This document shows positions 58,763 to 64,000 of a DNA stretch of 64,000 bases, piece after piece (the first letter of the stretch is position 1; each line of letters starts with the position of its first letter). The position numbers were made by a program, and so were the translations under genes. The stretch comes from Candidatus Nanopelagicales bacterium (GTDB taxonomy: Bacteria > Actinomycetota > Actinomycetes > S36-B12), in assembly GCA_044240195.1 (NCBI GenBank), contig JBIHZX010000001.1, positions 117 to 64,116 on the forward strand, in the 5' to 3' direction. The notes under the pieces were generated by a model that saw only the letters and a list, made by a program, of their open reading frames with translations, did not search any database and was not told the origin of the DNA.

Positions 58763-59128
58763 ATGTCTGAGTTGACTAAGCCCGAAATTGATTTCATTGA
58801 AGGACCAGCACCAACTGAGTTAGTAATCACCGATTTAGTGGTCGGAACGGGTGCAGAAGCCACACCCGGTGCAACGGTCGATGTCCACTATCTTGGGGTT
58901 GAATTCGAGACCGGGGAGCAATTCGATGCTTCTTGGGATCGTGGGGAGAGCATCAATTTCCCTCTTTCAGGTCTTATTGCCGGTTGGCAGGAAGGCATCC
59001 CCGGCATGAAAGTGGGAGGCCGCAGGCAATTAGTCATCCCGCCCGCACTCGCGTACGGGGAATCCGGTGGACATCGTTTATCGGGTAAGACCCTAGTTTT
59101 CATCATCGATCTCCTCGGCGTTAAATAG
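58763..59128 (+). CDS. FKBP-type peptidyl-prolyl isomerase (cytoplasmic)
   Basis: 121 aa. ...FDASWDRGESINFPL..LIAGWQEGIPGMKVGGRRQLVIPP.LAYG. Confidence 0.88.
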   Translation: MSELTKPEIDFIEGPAPTELVITDLVVGTGAEATPGATVDVHYLGVEFETGEQFDASWDRGESINFPLSGLIAGWQEGIPGMKVGGRRQLVIPPALAYGESGGHRLSGKTLVFIIDLLGVK

Positions 59129-59143
59129 ACAAACAGTGCATTA

Positions 59144-60118
59144 ATGCCTCGACGCGACAAAACTGAGCGGCTGCTCAACCTGGTATTCGCCATGATGTCA
59201 ACTCGTCGCGCAATTTCGCGCGCCGACATTAGAGATAACGTTGCGGGCTATGAGGATGCGCACTCAGATGAAGCATTCGAGCGGATGTTCGAACGCGACA
59301 AAGACGAACTTCGATCGATGGGTCTGCCGATTGAAACGGTGACGGACACCATGGGTGACATTTTGGGCTATCGAATCCTGCCCAGCGAATACGAATTCGT
59401 GGATTTGGAATTAAGCCCCGAGGACCTGATTGTTTTGGGAGTAGCAGCACAGGTGTGGGATCAAGCAGTGCTCAGCGCGCCCGCACAAAGTGCACTGCGA
59501 AAAATCGAAGCCAAATACGGCAAGAGCGTTGTTTCGCCCCCCGCTGAATTGTCTGGTCTCGTTCGGTTGCAGGCGCATGACGTGTCACTGCCAGTATTGC
59601 TCCGAGCAGCACGTGAAAAGCGTGTCGTGAAATTCAATTATCAAAACCGCGACGGGTTGCAATCGGCGAGAAGTATTGAGCCATGGGCCGTTCTGTGTCG
59701 CGAGGGGCATTGGTACTGCATCGGTTTTGACCGTGATCGTCAGGAGCAGAGAACGTTTAAGCTCCCGAGAATCCAGGGTGGTGTTAAATTGACCGCCGAG
59801 GCTCACACTGCTTCGCGGCCTGATAATCCGACAATGCAGATGCCACAGCCTGATGAAATGATCACGGCCCGAATCGCCATTGCGCCCAATCGCGGAGCCA
59901 TGCTGCGCCGAAATGCAACTTTGATTGAGCACACGGTCGATGGTGATGTTTTGACGGTCCGAGGCCAACTGTCTGATTTAACCCAATGGACGCTGCTCGC
60001 ATTATCCGATGTCACAAGAATTGAATCACCCATACTCGCCGAATCTGTACTCAGCGCCAGTAAACAGATCTGCGAAGAACATCTTGTTGTGGCCAAGGGT
60101 GGTGAAACCCATGGCTGA
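59144..60118 (+). CDS. pafB: WYL-domain transcriptional regulator PafB
   Basis: N-terminal HTH (ERLLNLVFAMMSTRRAISRADI), a WYL-type middle domain (...GHWYCIGFDRDRQEQRTFKLPRI), located after pafA. Confidence 0.85.
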   Translation: MPRRDKTERLLNLVFAMMSTRRAISRADIRDNVAGYEDAHSDEAFERMFERDKDELRSMGLPIETVTDTMGDILGYRILPSEYEFVDLELSPEDLIVLGVAAQVWDQAVLSAPAQSALRKIEAKYGKSVVSPPAELSGLVRLQAHDVSLPVLLRAAREKRVVKFNYQNRDGLQSARSIEPWAVLCREGHWYCIGFDRDRQEQRTFKLPRIQGGVKLTAEAHTASRPDNPTMQMPQPDEMITARIAIAPNRGAMLRRNATLIEHTVDGDVLTVRGQLSDLTQWTLLALSDVTRIESPILAESVLSASKQICEEHLVVAKGGETHG

Positions 60119-61058
60119 ACAGGTATCTGACCGAATATCTCGGCTACTCGCCTTGGTTCCATGGCTCGCCAAGCGTCCGGGAATAACGTTGACACAAACA
60201 GCTGAACATTTTGGTATCAGCGTCGAGACGCTCACCAAAGATCTTTGGCAGCTCGTTTTGTGTGGGCTTCCGGGTTATGGACCTGATCAACTCGTTGACA
60301 TTGATTTTTGGGACGATGACCGAATCTGGGTTCACGACCCACAAACGTTGACGGTTCCCATGCGCATCAGTTCTGATGAGGCCATCGCTCTGTCGATAGC
60401 GCTCCGGCGCATGAACCAGATTCCTGGGGTCGCCGAAAAGGACGCAATCAACAGACTGATTGCAAAGATGGACACCGTCACTGGTTCAGTAGTCAGTGTC
60501 GTGGCTACGTCGAGTGAAGATCAGATCGCCCAGAATCAATTAATTGAATCTGCTCTGGCTAACAATCTCTCATTGAACTTCGCGTATTCAACAGCTAAAG
60601 ACGATCATTCGCGCCGCAATGTAGCCCCTATCAGAGTTTTTAGTGTTGATGACTATCTGTACTTATCCGCATGGTGCGAGCAAGCTGAGGCCGTGCGTTC
60701 CTTCCGTTTTGACCGCATCACCGATCTCCGTACTGGCCATCCTTTCTCTTCCACTGATGTGGATTCGACGGTCGAAGTTTTTGGTTTAACGGATTTAGCC
60801 TCAGCTCCCGCTGCCCTTGTTAGAATTGATCCGACCATTGCTTGGGTCACCGAAGAAGCTTGGGTGACCCGCTTACCTGACAACCCTGGATTGCAGAAGG
60901 ATGGACAAATCCTGATTAGCGTGCCCTATCTGTCCAAGGAATGGCTTATTCGTTGGATCCTTTCCATGGCAGGTGCGGCTACCGTGCTCGAGCCAACCGC
61001 ATTTGCGAGGGAAATCAGTGAATTAGTATCAGAATCAATGGTCCGGTTGAGCAATTAA
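60111..61058 (+). CDS. pafC: WYL-domain transcriptional regulator PafC
   Basis: MAEQVSDRISRLLALVPWLAKRPGITL HTH; ...DDYLYLSAWCEQAEAVRSFRFDRI WYL-type motif. ATG 60111 overlaps the pafB stop by 8 nt. Confidence 0.85.
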   Translation: MAEQVSDRISRLLALVPWLAKRPGITLTQTAEHFGISVETLTKDLWQLVLCGLPGYGPDQLVDIDFWDDDRIWVHDPQTLTVPMRISSDEAIALSIALRRMNQIPGVAEKDAINRLIAKMDTVTGSVVSVVATSSEDQIAQNQLIESALANNLSLNFAYSTAKDDHSRRNVAPIRVFSVDDYLYLSAWCEQAEAVRSFRFDRITDLRTGHPFSSTDVDSTVEVFGLTDLASAPAALVRIDPTIAWVTEEAWVTRLPDNPGLQKDGQILISVPYLSKEWLIRWILSMAGAATVLEPTAFAREISELVSESMVRLSN

Positions 61059-61154
61059 CACGAAGGCCGGCGTAGAATTTCCTCGAGAAGTAGACTGTGC
61101 AAGGCGCCAATGGGGCAGTTCATAAAGTAATCTGCGTTGCAGGAAAGGGATCAC

Positions 61155-61436
61155 ATGTTCAGTAATCTTAAAGGCTGGGAATGGCTTATAATTGTGGCCT
61201 TAATTCTTCTGTTGTTTGGGGCAAAACGTCTGCCCGATGCTGCACGCGGCCTTGGCCGTTCCCTTCGGATCTTCAAGGCGGAAACGAAAGGCCTCGTGAA
61301 TAACGAATCCGAAGAGGAAGTAAAGGCCGTAGAACCAAAGAAATTAGAATCCAAGGCAGTCCAGTCCGGTACCGCTGACTCGACAGCACCCGAAGTGAGC
61401 GCAGAAACACAGCCTGCTTCGCCCACTGAACGTTAG
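61155..61436 (+). CDS. tatA: twin-arginine translocase subunit TatA
   Basis: ...[39 protein letters not shown] 61155 has a GAAAGGGA RBS. Confidence 0.9.
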   Translation: MFSNLKGWEWLIIVALILLLFGAKRLPDAARGLGRSLRIFKAETKGLVNNESEEEVKAVEPKKLESKAVQSGTADSTAPEVSAETQPASPTER

Positions 61437-61478
61437 CTGTAGCTAGTGGCCCTGCGCGAAAAGCAGGAGTCGGTCGGT

Positions 61479-62279
61479 ATGCCGCTGATTGAGCATTTGC
61501 GGGAGTTACGATCCCGATTGGTTAAAAGTGGGATTGCGATCGCTATCGGCATGATTATCGGTTGGATTTATTATGCCGAAATCTTTGCTTGGATAGCCGA
61601 ACCTTTCACCTACGTCATCGAAGAAGCCAAAGCGAATGGCCAAGATGTTGTTCTGGCACTTACCGGGGTAGCCGATCCATTCGTTTTGCAAATTCAAGTT
61701 TCCGCTGCTGCCGGGCTCGCCCTGAGTTCACCGGTGTGGCTTTATCAGCTCTGGAGATTCGTAACTCCGGGCTTACACCGTAATGAGAAGAAATGGGCGC
61801 TTGGTTTTGCCGCCGTCGCCACACCGCTTTTCGCTGCTGGAATATGTCTGGCTTATGTCGTAATGCCCCTCGGCTTAGAAATTCTGCTCGGGTTCACTCC
61901 CGCTAACGTTGAGAATATTGTCTCGGTTGACCGCTATCTATCATTTTTCCTTCGGACAATTCTGGTCTTTGGGGTTGGATTCCTCACCCCACTTCTCATT
62001 GTTCTGTTGAACTTCGCCGGAATTCTGTCCGGTAAACGCCTACTTTCCTGGTGGCGTTGGATTATTTTTACGGTGCTCATTTTTTCCGCGATCGCAACCC
62101 CAACGGGTGACCCCATTAACTTAATGTTGCTGGCTGGTCCGATCATGATCCTCGTCATTATCGCGGTCGGGATCTCGTTGCTTAATGATCGTCGGCGGGC
62201 CCGAAAGACTCGAAATTCTGACTTTGGTCAACTTGATGACGACGAAATCTCACCACTTGACACAAATCTAGAAGATTGA
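61479..62279 (+). CDS. tatC: twin-arginine translocase subunit TatC
   Basis: MPLIEHLRELRSRL N-terminus and six TM helices. AGGAG lies 9 nt upstream of ATG 61479 (the track start GTG 61446 is possible). Confidence 0.9.
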   Translation: MPLIEHLRELRSRLVKSGIAIAIGMIIGWIYYAEIFAWIAEPFTYVIEEAKANGQDVVLALTGVADPFVLQIQVSAAAGLALSSPVWLYQLWRFVTPGLHRNEKKWALGFAAVATPLFAAGICLAYVVMPLGLEILLGFTPANVENIVSVDRYLSFFLRTILVFGVGFLTPLLIVLLNFAGILSGKRLLSWWRWIIFTVLIFSAIATPTGDPINLMLLAGPIMILVIIAVGISLLNDRRRARKTRNSDFGQLDDDEISPLDTNLED

Positions 62280-62290
62280 TGATTCACGGC

Positions 62291-62296
62291 TAGACT
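62291..62296 (+). promoter_or_regulatory. candidate -10 element (TAGACT) for a leaderless helY transcript
   Basis: TAnnnT-type hexamer 6 nt upstream of ATG 62303. The 23-nt tatC-helY gap has no Shine-Dalgarno sequence. Confidence 0.35.
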
Positions 62297-62302
62297 TGCG
62301 AC

Positions 62303-64000
62303 ATGACGTCCGCGGCCGAAAAGTATGCCGCATCTCGTTTACGAGCCAAAGATGATAAAACCATGGTGGGGGCCTTCACCGCCGGTTACGCGTTCGATCT
62401 CGATCAATTCCAGTTGGAAGCCGTACGAGCAATTGAGTCGGGCAAGGGTGTATTAGTAGCCGCACCCACGGGAGCAGGTAAAACGGTGGTGGGGGAGTTC
62501 GCAATATTTCGAGCCCTGAACTCCGGGACAAAGTGCTTCTACACGACTCCTATCAAAGCCCTCTCCAACCAAAAATTCGCCGAGCTCGTTGAGCGTTATG
62601 GCAGTGAAAATGTGGGATTGCTTACGGGAGATAACAGCATCAATGGAGATGCCCCGATAGTCGTTATGACCACCGAAGTTTTGCGCAACATGTTGTATGC
62701 CCGTTCAACCACCTTGAATAATCTTTCATTTGTTGTCATGGATGAAGTTCACTATCTCGCCGACCGGTCACGAGGTGCCGTCTGGGAAGAAGTGATTATT
62801 CATTTACCCGAGTCAGTCACGATTATTGCCTTGAGCGCCACTGTGAGTAATGCAGAAGAGTTTGGCCGGTGGCTTGCGACCATCCGAGGTGAAACCGAGG
62901 TGATTGTTGAAGAGGTGCGCCCTGTGCCTTTGTGGCAGCACGTGATGGCGGGCAAAAGGCTCTACGACCTATTTATTGATGACTCACAACATGAAGTGAA
63001 CCCTGAGTTAGCGGCACTGGCTCGCAACTCTTCACAAGCATCAGCTGCCCGAAGCCAATCGAAATACGGCAGCAAAGGTCGTAGTGCACCCCGAAGGACA
63101 TCCCTGACACCACGACGAAGTGACGTGGTCGCTCTTCTCGAGGCTGAAGTGTTGCTCCCGGCCATCTACTTTCTTTTCAGCCGTGCCGGTTGTGACGATG
63201 CAGTTGAGCAAATCCTTGCGTCCGGACTCCGTTTAACATCGACCGTAGAGCGTGAAAAGATTCGACATCAAGTTCTTGAATCCACGCGAGATATTCCTGA
63301 TGAGGATCTTGCAGCACTTGGATTTAGCGACTGGATCGATGCGCTCGAACGTGGGGTAGCGGCACATCATGCTGGGGCATTACCACGATTCAAAGAGATC
63401 GTGGAATCCCTTTTTCAGCAGGGCTTGTTGAAAGTTGTATTTGCTACCGAAACCCTCGCGCTGGGCATCAATATGCCGGCTAAATCGGTGGTTCTCGAAC
63501 GATTGGTCAAGTGGAACGGTGATGCCCACGTTGACCTTTCCCCAGGGGAATACACCCAAATCACCGGTCGTGCTGGACGTCGTGGCATTGATATTGAGGG
63601 TCATGCGGTCGTGCTCTGGCAACAGGAACTCGACCCTAAATCCCTCGCTGGTTTGGCTTCCACACGAACGTATCCCTTAAAATCTTCATTTCGACCCAGC
63701 TACAACATGACGGTCAACTTGGTTGGTTCAATAGGCACCGAGCGTGCACGTGAACTATTGGAGACATCATTTGCCCAATTCCAGGCCGATGCTTCTGTCG
63801 TTGGATTAGCCACGGAACTACGAAAACTCGAAGAGGCAAAAGCCGGTTACTTTGACTCTATGCAATGCCATCTTGGTGACTTTGAGCAATACAGCGCCCT
63901 TCGATACGAGATTTCAGTTGCCGAACGTCAAGACAGCAGGCAAGTTGTACGTCAAAGGCGCGATTTTGGTGAAGCACAACTGCGAACTCTAAAGGTCGGA
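62303..64000 (+). CDS. helY: DEAD/DEAH-box (Ski2-like) RNA helicase HelY, N-terminal 566 codons; continues beyond the right window edge
   Basis: Absent from the ORF track because there is no stop in the window. Manual translation: MTSAAEKYAASRL...LVAAPTGAGKTVVGEF (Walker A), VMDEVHY (DEVH box), SATVSN; open through 64000. In the conserved position after tatC. Confidence 0.85.
   Translation, partial: MTSAAEKYAASRLRAKDDKTMVGAFTAGYAFDLDQFQLEAVRAIESGKGVLVAAPTGAGKTVVGEFAIFRALNSGTKCFYTTPIKALSNQKFAELVERYGSENVGLLTGDNSINGDAPIVVMTTEVLRNMLYARSTTLNNLSFVVMDEVHYLADRSRGAVWEEVIIHLPESVTIIALSATVSNAEEFGRWLATIRGETEVIVEEVRPVPLWQHVMAGKRLYDLFIDDSQHEVNPELAALARNSSQASAARSQSKYGSKGRSAPRRTSLTPRRSDVVALLEAEVLLPAIYFLFSRAGCDDAVEQILASGLRLTSTVEREKIRHQVLESTRDIPDEDLAALGFSDWIDALERGVAAHHAGALPRFKEIVESLFQQGLLKVVFATETLALGINMPAKSVVLERLVKWNGDAHVDLSPGEYTQITGRAGRRGIDIEGHAVVLWQQELDPKSLAGLASTRTYPLKSSFRPSYNMTVNLVGSIGTERARELLETSFAQFQADASVVGLATELRKLEEAKAGYFDSMQCHLGDFEQYSALRYEISVAERQDSRQVVRQRRDFGEAQLRTLKVG

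Overview
Gene-dense chromosomal segment of an Actinomycetota genome. Diagnostic content: mycothiol ligase mshC; a complete Pup-proteasome locus (arc-dop-pup-prcB-prcA-pafA-FKBP-FKBP-pafB-pafC-tatA-tatC-helY); a SepH-like septation protein; an F420-type LLM oxidoreductase; and many actinobacteria-specific DUF families. Hand counts on a few 60-nt lines give roughly 42-52% G+C for the core genes. I call about 65 protein genes (two truncated by the window edges) and one tRNA-Leu(GAG). I found no rRNA, CRISPR array, integrase or transposase. Left to right: psuK-like/psuG, DUF5998/phosphodiesterase/tdk/sepH, MFS, the dut neighbourhood with DUF3710/OB-fold/DUF3159/trkA x2/APC permease/RNA methyltransferase, acn, dxs, fadBA, rnd, msrB, desaturase plus P450, a small accessory island, tRNA-Leu, M20 peptidase, AKR/LLM/uppP/corA, a phosphatase-DUF3090-SCO1664-mshC cassette, gnd/pgi, then the proteasome region. 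The genome is very compact: 8 of 12 convergent gene junctions overlap at their 3' ends. The most unusual part is a roughly 4.3 kb stretch (31.2-35.5 kb) next to the 3' end of tRNA-Leu. It has higher GC (58-62% by hand counts) and holds the three longest non-coding gaps of the window. It encodes two convergent DUF4239-like membrane paralogues, a DUF1698/CmoB-like methyltransferase and a 287-aa orphan protein. It also carries a 10-bp tandem repeat and an inverted pair of perfect TTATCCACA (DnaA-box) 9-mers. Other leads: a three-half-site perfect palindrome in front of acn; the uncharacterised, translationally coupled phosphatase/Zn-ribbon/PI-kinase-like cassette upstream of mshC; and a SepH homologue whose conserved N-terminal helix lies upstream of any canonical start codon. 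All function calls rest on motif recognition and remembered family and neighbourhood knowledge. No database search was possible.
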